A stretch of 58,581 bases of DNA, counting the filler, from Squatina squatina (lineage: Eukaryota), in the NCBI GenBank assembly GCA_031763465.1. It is 4 parts of 4 records of this genome, joined end to end, with 100 filler letters (N's around TTAATTAATTAA, not from the genome) between each part and the next. Parts side by side here need not be neighbours in the genome. Positions count along the whole stretch, not along the records: positions 44,046 to 58,581 come from JARFOE010000235.1; 3 more parts are not named here. The stretch is one strand, 5' to 3'. A program made the translations under genes and the position numbers. This document shows positions 46,822 through 58,581 of the stretch, piece by piece. A model generated the notes under the pieces. It searched no databases and was not told the DNA's origin. It was given only the letters and a program-made list of their open reading frames with translations. Within the stretch, counting starts at the first letter, position 1; every line of letters starts with the position of its first letter.

Positions 46822-49800
46822 ACTGCACCCTGTAGTTACGTAGGCTGAAAAACATCAATAAAATCATAATAAAACATTATAATTTAATAGATGCCATCAG
46901 TAAAACAGACTTAAAAGAATATTGTGCATGCTGTTATTTTTATTGCTGTATGAACCTCAAAGCCAACTGTGGTATAATTAAGATTACACAAGTAATGAGC
47001 TGCTCTTGGTGCAGGATTCTACAGAAGGTTTCCTTTAATGAAAGAAAAGGCATGGCAATGTTTCCATATTAAATTTTACAATGCGCTTAAAACTGAAAGA
47101 ATTGGTCTCTAACAGGATCCTAAAAATACTGTACCCCTCAAGTGAAAGAAACTGAACATCTTATACATGAAAGCCCAATATTTTGTGAAGTTAACTGATT
47201 AAAGTAAAAGCCATGTTAATATTTAGGCAAGCAAAACGGAGAGTGAAACCAGATATGTTGGTTGAAAGAAAAAGACAGGCTTGCATTGATATAGCGCCTT
47301 TCACAACCTCAGGATGCGCTTCACAGTCAATGAAGTACTTTTGAAATGTAGTCAATGTTGTAATGTGGGAACCATTTGGCATTAAATATTGCCTAGGTGG
47401 AGCGCAGAGAGGAAAATTGGGCAGGCACCATTATGTGTGATCCCTTTTATGCTCTGCTTATGCTTATCCTCCTGGTAGAAAAGATAAAGATACTTTGCAG
47501 ACAGTGAGAAGCCTGTGGGAAGGTTTCCTCTGTTCTATGTGCAATAAAATCATGAACCCACTCTTTATAAACTGGTTTAATCACTTTGGTACGTGTAAGA
47601 TGCAGAAGAAATCGCCCCAGCATGTTAATACTTGGGTAAGTAAATCTGACGACCCAAATTTCCATGTGGTGACATGTACCGCCTTTATGCCAATGGAAAA
47701 AGAGTTGCATCTGCCAATAATCTGGAAAAGTATTTACAAAAACCTTTCAATGTTTTTGTCACCCTATTGTGACACTTCCTTTAAATTGCCCCCATCTCTC
47801 TAAATTTCACTTAACCACAATTTTCTGCTCCAATCACTTGTCCAAATGTGCACTTGAAGCTTTGCTAATGATTATAATCTCAAAAAATTGATGCAAGCAG
47901 CACACTGCCATTTGAGTCTGTCTAAAACTCATTAATGGCCATTCTGACCTAAATAATGTCAATCGCAGAAAATCAAGTGTTAATGAGCTTGAACAGTGCC
48001 GCAATATAGAGTAAAATAGTGCTTTTAGCCATCATACACAATAGCAGAAGTTTATGACATTTTAAGGGCCATGCCAGCTCTTAATTTTCTCTTTGAGATA
48101 TCCCTAAAATATGATATAAATTCCTGGCCATAAGAATTTATAGCTCAAACCATAATTGTAAAGCATGTTACAAACATGCTGAACTCTAAGCAAAAAAAAA
48201 ATTGAATTCAGATCCCATTCTGATTTGAATGTTCACACACAGACTTCGCATAAAGGGCCAGTTTGCTAGGCTTGGCAAATCCATCAATGCAAATAGGGAA
48301 AACTACTCAAGGAAGGATCCCATATGGCTTCTGACACATCAGTGGTGAAGCAATTTGCACCGGTCATATTATGGAATTAACCATTGATCGCTCACTTATC
48401 TTTATCTACTCTGCCGGGAAGCAAGACAGTGGGTGCCCAATTTGACTGCCCTGAGTTTCTGGCGCTAAGGGATGAATTGGGGAGTGCAAAGTTCAGGTCN
48501 NNNNNNNNNNNNNNNNNNNNNNNNNNNNNNNNNNNNNNNNNNNNNNNNNNNNNNNNNNNNNNNNNNNNNNNNNNNNNNNNNNNNNNNNNNNNNNNNNNNG
48601 TTTATTTAATTAACTGAATTTAAATCCCCCAGCTGCCATGGTGGGATTTGAACTCATCTCTCCGGATCACTCGTCCAGGATTACTCGACCAATAACTTAA
48701 CTACTATGCTACCGTCCCCATGTGCAACATTACGCTCCGATAGTCCACTTTGGTGTTCGAATCCATCTATCTCTGCCTATGGCTGCAAAGGTTGAGTGAT
48801 GCCAGGTAGACCACACAGCTCCCATAGGGAACACTTTGGTACCAGTGGAAGTGACCACACGATACGGGGCGGTATCTGGCACCCATACCTCGGTCTAGAA
48901 GCTGTGCAAATGTCACATCGGGCTCGGTTTATGCAACACATCAATGCTCAGTAAAACCTCAGTTTATAAATAAATAACCAGGCTAACCACGGTTCGATCT
49001 TTAATCTGTGCCAAGTTATCCGATCTATCAGGACTGTAGTATGGCTGTGACAATACAGGGGAGGGAAGGGGCGGGGGGAAAATCAGTTCTGCCGGCCTCA
49101 ACTGGACATCGCAGGAACTCTGCAGACTCTCAGCTCTGCTCCAGAGGCAGTTCGCTGGTTGTGGGAGAGGAACGAGATCGGTTGGCTGAAGGCCTAAGTT
49201 AAGTCTGCGGGGCAATCAGGATGGGTTAAGCGTGGGCCGTAGTTTTATCATGGAGTGAGGATGCGCAGGAGTGCTCAGGTAAGTAAAAAAATGTTTTACT
49301 TACTTTTTGGGTGGCAGCATCCAGCGGTCCCTTGTAGGACCATTGGTTTGGCTGCTATGCACCTGAGAAAACTAACCACAGCACAGCCCATGCTGCAGTC
49401 AGTCGAGAACCAATTTCAAAAAGGGGCCTGAGACAGGCATTATGCCTACGATTTCCAAAAGCAATGGGCCCAATGCCAGTTTCAGGCAGGCACCCTGGAC
49501 GACTAAAAGACACCCAAATCCACATGGTGCAGGGCAGACTTCCGGTGCCGACTGAGCACCTGCACAGCACATTGGGTCCTGCAACACGTGATTGTCGCCC
49601 TAAATACGGCCGCTGCGCAATCGAATATTGGACCATCCTCTCTTAAAAAGGTTTAGAAATATAACTGTTGATAAGGTTATTTTGTAACAACCACAACGTG
49701 TATTTATGTAGCGCCATTAAAGTAGTGAAAGGTCCCAAGGCGAGTATTATGAGACAAAACATTTTGGCACTTCAAATGATCAATTCAATTGTGACTGTGA

Positions 49801-51929
49801 ACAGCTGATCCTATGGTGAGCTGAATTTGAAACCCTCTAACTATTTTTTCTGCAGAATAATGATTTTAACTGCAGTTCAAAAGAAATCTGATAACAAATA
49901 TTTAAGAATCTGGAGAGGCTGTGCTTTTTCTGATGCATTCATTCTTCCGTTATTGGCCACAGGGTGTTTGAAATGTTAATGTCCTGTACAATATTAAGAA
50001 CGTTTGGTAATATACAAGCTAGGCCATTAAATATGAGATTGTGAAAAGTATTCTCAAGCAGTGCACTGATGTATTTCATTCCAAGAACAACACTGAAGAG
50101 GTGAAAACTAAGGACCCCTCTTGTACCCGCCTTCCCACATCTTAGCTGAAGGCTGACTCTGGTATTTCGCCAGTAGCAACAACGCTGAGGTAAAGCAGAC
50201 TAACCTTCAGACATAACTGAATGCCTTTTTCTGCATGACACTGCCCTTATATGAACCATGTTGGGCAGCGGTTCTACAGTTGTAATTTTATACTTATTTC
50301 CAGAGCAGCAAGCTGCTCTTTTTCAAGCCAGCCTGTCGTTNNNNNNNNNNATGGTTAAAACGTTTGTGGTCTGTATTTTCCATCTGTTGTGTTTGGCTTG
50401 ATACTCTTAACTCTTTACTTGGGAGGAGCATTTAGATCAATTTGGACTTCAAGTTCTCCAAAGCCAAAGACCAAAAATGAAGGTGGCCAGTTTGGCACAT
50501 GAGAAAGTGCTTTCCTCTCTTATGGGGATTCAAAATGTACAAAACACTAGCCACGAATGATTAGACAGATAACCATCTCCCCAGATTATCAGAAGTGAGA
50601 TGTCTACTCACCACTAGCTAACATGNNNNNNNNNNNNNNNNNNNNNNNNNNNNNNNNNNNNNNNNNNNNNNNNNNNNNNNNNNNNNNNNNNNNNNNNNNN
50701 NNNNNNNNNNNNNNNNNNNNNNNNNCAATTCAATGCCAACATTGAGCACCATTTTCTTCTTTGCCGGCCCTACATCACTGTAAGCTGGTACTGGTCTCAA
50801 TGTTTTGCTCCTGTGTCAGACGTGGCCTGATGTGAAACAGTATAACTGCTTCACTTTAGTGGGTATGGGCTTAGCATTACAGCTGCATTCCAGGTCTATT
50901 AGTCAGCAGTTTTTTTTATGTCTGTCAAATTTAATTTAATTGAGTTAAATTTCCAGATCAGTTATTTTACAAAAAGGTTATTTTAAATGCATGACTTTTT
51001 TTGAATGCTGTCAAGAAAAGGTTAATTTATAGTTTACCCATTCTAAAGAAAGTAATCTACAGCATGAAACATCACCCATTGCAAATCTCTGATAGATGCT
51101 GTGGTGTTGCTCATTCTGAAATGAAATAGCATGATTTAATACAATTACGTGCCTCGCTTTTAATATGAATTGCAGTCTGGAAACTAAGAGGAGTGTCTAG
51201 AAATGTATTTCTTCAGGAAAATCTCCAAGTTGTGTTTTGGAAGAGTTTCACAGAAGAAAGGAGTGTGCTTTTTTAAAAAAAAAAAGAAACCTTAGGGTGT
51301 ATTTAACCTCTGGAAAACCAATCAGTGCTCAGGTTTGAGATCTTAAAATGCCATGTGTAAGGTTTTCTTGAAATCTGTGCAAGGTTAGATCTGTTACTCT
51401 GCAGGAACGACGCTGTATTAAAAGTGGATCTCACTACCTCACCAAATCCTTTTGCTGTCAGGCTGGTGTGAGGGCTGCTTTCAGACAATGTTATTTAGGA
51501 GACTGGACTGGGGGAAAAACCGTAATTTGCCATTGATGAATTCCTATCTTCCCTTAATTGAAGTGTTCTGGAAAAGATTCCAATTACAAACTGTACAGAA
51601 TGGAAGCAAACCAGGAGATCAGGAAAGTTAAGAGGGAATATAAACAGAGGCCGACAGACTGCATAATAATGGCTCTTAAAGCATTTAAGAAGTAAAAGTC
51701 GAAAGATGGGTGGGAGCTTTTAGGGAAGCATCTTGTACTTGAGAATGAAAGAAAGACAGAGGTGGTTAATAAACATTTCACCTTGTTGTTTACAGCGCAA
51801 AGTAAAATTAAGACTTGAGAAGTACCTGAAGAGGATGTGGACGATCTACTGCTGGAGATAAATATTTAAAAGGAAACAGTGGTACAGAAGTTAATGGACA
51901 AAAGAAATAGAAATGTCACCAAAAGAAAA

Positions 51930-52260
51930 AAGAAGGACTTGCATTTCATGACCACTGGACATCCCAAAGTGCTTTATAGCAAATGAAGTACTTTTTGAAG
52001 TGTAGTCACTGTTGTCGTGTAGGAAACACCAAGGTCCCACAAACAGTAATATGATAATGGACAGAGAACCTGTTTTAGTGATGTTGATTGAGGGATAAAT
52101 ATTAGCCAGGACACTGGGTATAACTCCCCTGCTCTTCTTTGAAATAGTGCCATGGGATCTTTTACGTCCACCTTGAAATAGCAGATGGGGCCTTGGTTTA
52201 ACACCACATCTGAAAGACGGCACCTCCAACAGTGCAGCACTCCCTCAGCACTGCAGTGTC
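51930..52260 (-). mobile_element. Deu-type SINE, long copy
   Basis: Contains the central domain (gtgctgagggagtgctgcactgttggaggtgccgtctttcagatg...aaaagatcccatggcactatttcaaagaagagcaggggagtt) and the shared tail. Confidence 0.85.
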
Positions 52261-52299
52261 ATAAGGAAATATTGCAAGGAGAGCCACCCCAGGCTGTCA

Positions 52300-52495
52300 C
52301 TATGTTATGATCTGGAGTGCACTGCCTCAAAGCGTGGTGAAAGCAGATTCAAAAGGGAATCGGATAAATACTTGAAAAGGAAAAATATGCAGGGCCACGG
52401 GGAAAAAGCAGGGGAGTGGGACTAATTGGATTGCTGTTTCAAAGAGCTGACACAGGCACGATGGGCCTCCTTCTGTGTCATACGATTCTATGAAC
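52300..52495 (+). mobile_element. CR1 LINE 3' end
   Basis: W.ALPQSVVKADS..DKYLKRKNMQGHGEKAGEWD* followed by a tail ending ccttctgtgtcatacgattctatga. Confidence 0.75.
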
Positions 52496-54415
52496 TCTGA
52501 GCAGCCATCAGAAAGAGGAGTGCTGGCAAAGGCGTGGGAACGGGTTTCTAGCCCACCCACTCAGCCAGAGAATGATGTTCGGAGGGGATTCCTCAAGGGA
52601 AAAGAGCAAAAGGGAATTAAAAAATGATCAATGAGGAAAATGGAACACAAATGAAATAAATATAGGGCCCATTGTTTTGCGAGAAATTTTACACTTTGAA
52701 TATTAATTCTTCCAGACACACGAAATTTTTCGTTCTGTGAATGCACAGCCCAAGACTGTTGTCACAAATCATTGCTAGCTCTGCAGCGTATCAACATGTT
52801 TTAAATCACATGCCTGCCAGTTTACTGCACTGTAAGATTATGCACAGGATGGACCAAATGACTGAAGAATAATAGGTGCGTACNNNNNNNNNNCCGAGCG
52901 GTATATCAGAAATTCAAACTTCTGAAGCTTATAGGAACCAATAACTTTTTATTAAACAAGAACACAGCATAAACCAGCAAATAATATGGAAAATAATACA
53001 AGATGCGATACCAATGAGTCACTTTGTGTCTTTTATGTGCTTTATTTTGCCAGACAAGAATGGAAAGATGTTTTGGTTTAAAACCACAGACAAGACAGCA
53101 AAAGTGATATCCTATGAAATGTTTAACACACAGCCTCCAGGTAGGATATGAATGGAAAAGTGATGCTGGTTATTGGTGTAGCAGATCAATGAATGTGAAA
53201 ACAAAATAACGTTCAAATTGGTGGGCTNNNNNNNNNNNNNNNNNNNNNNNNNNNNNNNNNNNNNNNNNNNNNNNNNNNNNNNNNNNNNNNNNNNNNNNNN
53301 NNNNNNNNNNNNNNNNNNNNNNNNNNNCAGCATCTGCAGTATTTTGCTTTTGTATTAGTCTGATTCTTTCGCCCGATTCTCCTGGCAAAATCATTCCATG
53401 ATTACAGAATGCTGTAAGTCACTGGACGGGAGATTTTGACACTGGTTGTCTTAACCACAATGAGCCGATCTGTCCACAGACTGCAGAATGGGATCTGTAA
53501 CACAGGCTATGGTGTCTGATGGATGATGAGAGTGCTTGAGGCTGAATAAAGAGATCGTAGCAGCTAAAGTATTCCCCAAAAGGCTATGTTAATAAATGAT
53601 TTCCCAAAATGATGCAACGCAATTTTTAAAAAGCTGCATAATAAAATATAATTTAGAAAACTTTTCAAAAGAATTTAACATTTTGTTAGTTATCCAGAGG
53701 CTATGGAAGCAAACCCATCTAATGATGCAGATTGAAGGAGTTATGAACTATGACTCATGCTGTCTGCAGTTCCTTTCACGATAAATTCCTTAGACTCCCA
53801 GGGGAAGAGTAACAGATCCAGTAAAGTTCACAGAAAGGAGAGCAATTACTGAAGCAAAACCTTTTTAAGCAACGCAATTTATGTGCATTCAGGTAGACGC
53901 ACATTAAGTCTATGGCTTCATTGCCTGGTTGTCCCCACTTTTGTTATCACATTTGTCGAACTATATATTCTGAATCAAACAAACCTCTTAATAATAGATG
54001 TATTTGAGCTTAATCTCCAGAAACTTTATATTTTGTTAGCTCAAATACACCTAAATATTGCTTCAAAAAGGAGATCAGGCATTGAAGGCTGGACATAGTA
54101 TATTTGTATAGAATTGCTGAGAAGTGGATCTATGGCACCACATATGGGTTTCTCCTTTTTCTTTAACAACTTGGTTTAGATCTGCATTTTACAGTCTAGC
54201 AGTGCCGTCGCTGCCAACTTTCAGACAGGAACATGGACCAGCTGGACGTGTACACTCCTGTTATTCTACATGTCAAGCACCAAGCCTCCACGGACTGACC
54301 AGCGTAAGGGCATATNNNNNNNNNNNNNNNNNNNNNNNNNNNNNNNNNNNNNNNNNNNNNNNNNNNNNNNNNNNNNNNNNNNNNNNNNNNNNNNNNNNNN
54401 NNNNNNNNNNNNNNN

Positions 54416-54663
54416 GGGCATGCAGACAATGTGCCCCGCCCATTACAGCATGACCAGTGCTTCGATGCTGGGGATGTTGGTCTGAGAGAGGACGCTGACA
54501 ATGATACGCCTATCCTGCCAGTGCAATTGCAGGATTTTGCAGAGGCAGCATTTGTGGTACTTCTCCAGTGCTTTGAGGTGTCTACTGTAAATTGTCCATA
54601 TCTCCAACACATACAGGAGGGTGGGTATCACTGCTGCCCTGTAGACCATGAGCTTGGTGCCAT
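54416..54663 (-). mobile_element. RTE (BovB-like) LINE ORF C-terminal fragment
   Basis: GTKLMVYRAAVIPTLLYVLEIWTIYSRHLKALEKYHKCCLCKILQLHWQDRR..VSVLSQTNIPSIEAL matches the RTE motif TKL.VY.A.V...LLYG.E.WT.Y..H...LE.FH..CLR.IL.I.WQD. Confidence 0.88.
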
Positions 54664-56989
54664 GTATGTTAGCATACAACTCCTGCAGATTCCTATCCGC
54701 TTCAGTTCCATATATTGCCGATAATTTATAAAACTGTCTTCCAGGCACTGCACTACATGTGCCCCCACCTTTGGTATGTAGGGACTTGGTGATGTATGTA
54801 CTCAATATAAAAAAATGTCAATAATGCTCGGTAGCTTTCTTTTTCTGCTCCTGTAGTTGCTGCAGTACTCTGGTAAGGCGGATCTCTGCAGTGCTTTGCG
54901 GGGTGGGGGTTGGGGGGGATAGTGCTTTTACTGCAGACGTGTCAGTGATTCACATTACAGATTTTGTTTTCTTTTCCACAGTATTCCATTGTTATGAGTC
55001 ATCGGCATGGAGTGAGTCCTACTTGCTCAGTAAGGCCTCACAACCTTGGCACTGGAGTCAAACACTGCACATTCAGAGCAGTGTAAAGGATTCGGGAATT
55101 AGTACTGCAAACACATTTTCCTTGAACAGTTAAAAAGTATCAACGCATCCAATCGTAATTCTCTTTTTCTGATATCTGTGTCGATTTTCTGTTTCCTTTC
55201 TGTTCAATCTAAAGACACATGGGGCAGAGTAACTCAGATTGCCTTTTACTCGAATGGGCATATTATCTGCAGTTGGTCAGAATTTAGTAATTTTTTCCAT
55301 AACATTTCTCTCAGTTAAAAAACCCTGGGGTGTTTTTGTTTTCACTGCAGTCTGAGAGCTCTGGGTCAGAGCTGTCTTTTTGGTATGTATGTGTCTGGTT
55401 TCAGGAATAAAAGTTTAAACTGGAGTTGCAGATGGTGGAAAATACTCCTTATTCCAGCTATCCCGACTGTATCTAACTGAATTCACCACTATAAATTTCA
55501 GATAGCGATAAATGGAGCGGAAAGTGATTTATTTTTAGTTTTTAATTATTAACCANNNNNNNNNNNNNNNNNNNNNNNNNNNNNNNNNNNNNNNNNNNNN
55601 NNNNNNNNNNNNNNNNNNNNNNNNNNNNNNNNNNNNNNNNNNNNNNNNNNNNNNNACTTGTTTCCTACTTTTGCTGTACACTTGAGGGCCGCACATTGAA
55701 TATCTATCGTTGTCCACACTGATAGGTGTGGTTAAAATCTAACTCGGTGCTAAGTTTCATTCCAGGCCTTCTGATTGTTTTTTAGGGAGGGAGGAGCTAT
55801 TATCCTGGCTTGCTGAAAGTGCTTGTGTTACTATGAAGATTTTTTTTTAATGTACCGTACTAATTGTGTTAGCTCACCTTAAACTGGACCCTGGCAGTGC
55901 CCCAGACTAGCCTGTAGCATGCCTCCCTCATTTGGCTTTTGTTTCCCACTGGTTGAAATCTTTGGTGTTGAAAATTGGCCTTATTTATCACAGATGGTCG
56001 TTTTTTTAATATTTGCATCATGCTGATTGCCAGCCTTGTACAGTAGGGCTTTTTTTTGGAAAATCCCTTGTTAGGCTAAAAGCGTACGCACCTTCAACAC
56101 AAGTTCAAAGGCAGTCAAAAAAGCAACTCAGGTATTATGCACCTTGTTAAACTGGGCTGTAAAATAACACAGTAAGCATTTATCATCGCTTCAGCTTCTG
56201 TATTGCAGATGTTTGTAAACTACATGTTGTGTCTTTAATGTATAATTATTATGAGGCTGCATGGTTTAATTAAGCAGCAGTATCTACCTAGCAGCAGATG
56301 TTCCAGCGACTTCAAAAGAGACTTTATGTTGAAAAGGTTTTTTTTTAATTCCTAACATGGGAAAAACAATCTATGTCAGAGCATATCAAGCTGGAAAATT
56401 AAACTAATCATGCTTCTGGTTAGCTTCTATTTGAACAAAGTACATCAATTTTTAATAATCTAATGTGGAGAAATGTAAGAACTTAAAGAAATGCCAACAG
56501 CCCCCACCTTCTCTCTCGTTTGATGCAGGGACAAAACCTTGGACTGAATTGTGCGAAAATATACGACTGGGCATCTGTGCACACATAGGTTATTTTCCCT
56601 GCTGTTCAGCGTGGGAGGTGCTGTTTTAAAATAGGAAAGTAAATGATGGTTTGGCCCACTTGCCTAAATGCAGCCGCCATTTTGTTTTGGACCTGCGACG
56701 AACAGATGCAAGGAGCAACCAAAACGTAAATAGCGTTCCTAAATTTTTAGCTTATTAACTTTTTTTTATCAACATAATGTGGGAAAAATCTTCTTGATTT
56801 GCATTCTATTATTGGAGAAAACATGGCCCTGATTAGATGGATAAGATTTTTTTGCTTTCGTAATGTTTTNNNNNNNNNNNNNNNNNNNNNNNNNNNNNNN
56901 NNNNNNNNNNNNNNNNNNNNNNNNNNNNNNNNNNNNNNNNNNNNNNNNNNNNNNNNNNNNNNNNNNNNNAAAACCTAGAGCTCTCTTTT

Positions 56990-57300
56990 GCTGATCCTGG
57001 CGGGTATAAGGGTATAAGATGTAATGCCTCTTCTTGGTGACCTGCCTAACGGAACAATTAGTGTGAAATGTTTGAGATGTTGCCAGCGGCTCCCTGAAAT
57101 GACCCATTGGCATAAAAGCTCAGTGCAATAGTGACTTTCACTGCCACAGATAGAGCGGTGGAAGCCCTGCTCTGAGGCTGTAGGTCTGCATGAAGGACTT
57201 GGCATAGTTCGGTTATGACCTCTTTCCAGAATCGCAGTCTTCTAAGGCACTGCTCATCTGTCATTTGCAGTTAGCTGTGCTGCTGTCGGAAGACTCTGTG
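56990..57300 (-). mobile_element. Harbinger/PIF (HARBI1-like) transposase N-terminal relic
   Basis: MTDEQCLRRLRFWKEVITELCQVLHADLQP...ALSVAVKVTIALSFYANGSFQGAAGNISNISH* matches the HARBI1-type HTH pattern AL.FYASGSFQ...GD..GISQ, and contains a stop. Confidence 0.85.
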
Positions 57301-57969
57301 AGCATCCCTTCCTCGCTGACCTCTAGGCCCATTTTGCGCCTACGCTGGATGACCAATTGGGCCCTCTAGGTCCCTTATTTCCCTCTGTAAAGGAACTTTC
57401 CAGGCCCCCACTGCGAGATTAATCTGCCCTGCACGCTGATCTTTTGGCCTTTACCAGTATGGCAGGCGGCACATTCTGGCTTGTATTGAGCGTGCGCTTC
57501 CTACCCACCATACTGAAGTCTTAGAAGGCCATTTAGCGCCTGAAAAACGGGCACTGCACAGTCGCATTTCTAGGTATCCTCATTGCCACATATCATTGGT
57601 TAAATGCTTCCAGAATGGTGCTTTATTGTGATTTATCTCATTATTTTGGGTTTGTTTGTGCTTATAGTTGAGATATATTTTTAAATGAAAGTTAACGGTT
57701 TTCACTGGTCTGAGTTAGCTCCATATGTTTTTTATTTACAGAGTGCCACGTAGATGTCAAGTTTCAGGAATGCTCAGAGAAAATGCCGAGCAGAATCTAA
57801 CTGCAGGTTAACCCTGTCCTGAAAACATTTTATTTGAACATGTAGACAAAATAATTGATATTTGTAGCANNNNNNNNNNNNNNNNNNNNNNNNNNNNNNN
57901 NNNNNNNNNNNNNNNNNNNNNNNNNNNNNNNNNNNNNNNNNNNNNNNNNNNNNNNNNNNNNNNNNNNNN

Positions 57970-58115
57970 CGGGCGGGGATTCGGCTTGTTTTCAGCGGGT
58001 CAAATGGACTAGCCTGCCTGGAGATGGGCGGCAACCGTTCACACCTCCAAACCCAAGGCGCACATAAAAGGACAGTCGATCAGCAGACGGAACAGTAGGA
58101 AGTTTCTGCTGGGGC
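57970..58115 (+). promoter_or_regulatory. COL1A1: COL1A1 proximal promoter / start of 5'UTR
   Basis: GC box GGGCGGGG (57971-57978) and TATA-like CATAAAAGG (58063-58071). These are followed by CAGTCG..AGCAGACGG..AGTTTCTGCTGGGGCTCGG, which parallels the recalled human COL1A1 cap region AGCAGACGGGAGTTTCTCCTCGGGGTCGG. Confidence 0.6.
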
Positions 58116-58155
58116 TCGGCGCTGAAGATTGGAATTACACACACCAGAACATTCT

Positions 58156-58170
58156 ATGTGCGGGCGCTAA
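58156..58170 (+). promoter_or_regulatory. Conserved uORF1 (MCGR*) of collagen I alpha1 5'UTR
   Basis: ATGTGCGGGCGCTAA versus recalled human ATGAGCGGACGCTAA. Confidence 0.75.
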
Positions 58171-58187
58171 AGAGATTTTCCCTTTTA

Positions 58188-58235
58188 CCCCAAAGAGTCT
58201 ACATGTCTAATATTTAGACATGTTCAGCTTTGTGG
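58188..58235 (+). promoter_or_regulatory. Collagen 5' stem-loop (LARP6-binding element) containing uORF2 (58203-58217, MSNI*) and the start codon
   Basis: CCCCAAAGAGUCUACAUGUCUAAUAUUUAGACAUGUUCAGCUUUGUGG, 48 nt. Upper stem ACAUGUCUAA/UUAGACAUGU, lower stem CAAAG/CUUUG, with an internal loop as in COL1A1. Confidence 0.92.
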
Positions 58236-58301
58236 ATACTCGGACTTTGCTGTTGCTAGCAGCAACGTTAATAGTGGGAAGATGCCAAGCAGAAGATGAT
58301 T
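58220..58301 (+). CDS. COL1A1: Collagen type I alpha-1 exon 1 coding part (signal peptide): MFSFVDTRTLLLLAATLIVGRCQAEDD
   Basis: Fibrillar-collagen signal peptide with donor T|gtaagt at 58302 (phase 1). The 27-codon length ending EDD, the 5'SL sequence and the 5'UTR blocks favour COL1A1 over COL1A2 or COL2A1. Confidence 0.85.
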
Positions 58302-58581
58302 GTAAGTGTTGCTTTCTCGCTTTTCTTGTGTGCCGTTGCTATTCAGTTGTCAGGAATTGTTTGAAAACCTACCCGTCTTCACCTGCTCAGGGGTTTAACA
58401 CGAAGTCATTGAAAGTTTGAAATAACTGGAGAGAAAGATGCATGGAGTTTTTGAATTGGGGGAAAAAAGTTATAAAGTGAAGTTGACCTGCAGAAATGTA
58501 GCTGGAACAATGTAAGGCAAGGTTTAAAAGTTCTTCTGATATTAGTTTCAAATGGTAAGACGCATCTTTTTTAGGTGTCGA

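Noticed and set aside
44084-46848. Long overlapping ORFs (up to 311 aa) in the satellite
   Set aside because: The consensus monomer has no TAA, TAG or TGA on the plus strand, so all three frames stay open by construction. There are no splice signals and no protein similarity.
58220-58420. 66-aa ORF as a complete protein, or assignment to COL1A2
   Set aside because: The frame reads through the gtaagt donor at 58302. The EDD ending, MF start and 5'UTR blocks fit COL1A1 better, although VDTRTLLLL also resembles COL1A2.

Overview
Eukaryotic (vertebrate) genomic DNA, not prokaryotic. The repeat landscape (CR1, L2 and RTE LINE debris, Deu-type/tRNA SINEs, Harbinger relics, a palindromic Penelope-type element) suggests a cartilaginous fish; that assignment is inference. 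The window is an artificial concatenation of four unrelated, heavily gapped scaffolds joined by 100-bp linkers (44 N + TTAATTAATTAA + 44 N) at 15913-16012, 28593-28692 and 43946-44045. Segment A (1-15912) holds internal exons of smoothelin (SMTN, +). Segment B (16013-28592) holds exons 1 and 3 of a TAFA5/TAFA5-like gene (+). Segment C (28693-43945) holds exons 2-3 of syntaxin-1A (-) and coiled-coil exons of a RIM-binding-protein gene (TSPOAP1/RIMBP2 family, +). Segment D (44046-58581) holds a 2.8-kb 43-bp satellite, repeat-rich DNA, and the 5' end of COL1A1 with both uORFs and the LARP6-type 5' stem-loop. The most unusual signals are a complete minimal hammerhead-ribozyme core at the end of a dispersed palindromic repeat, two different 43-bp tandem arrays (one with an internal hairpin in each unit and higher-order duplication), a diverged TAFA5 paralog, and an STX1A-RIMBP pairing that mirrors STX2-RIMBP2. 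Almost all listed ORFs are spurious. Gene calls rest on recalled protein sequences plus splice-site and phase logic, not on database searches. I found no clearly new multi-gene system.
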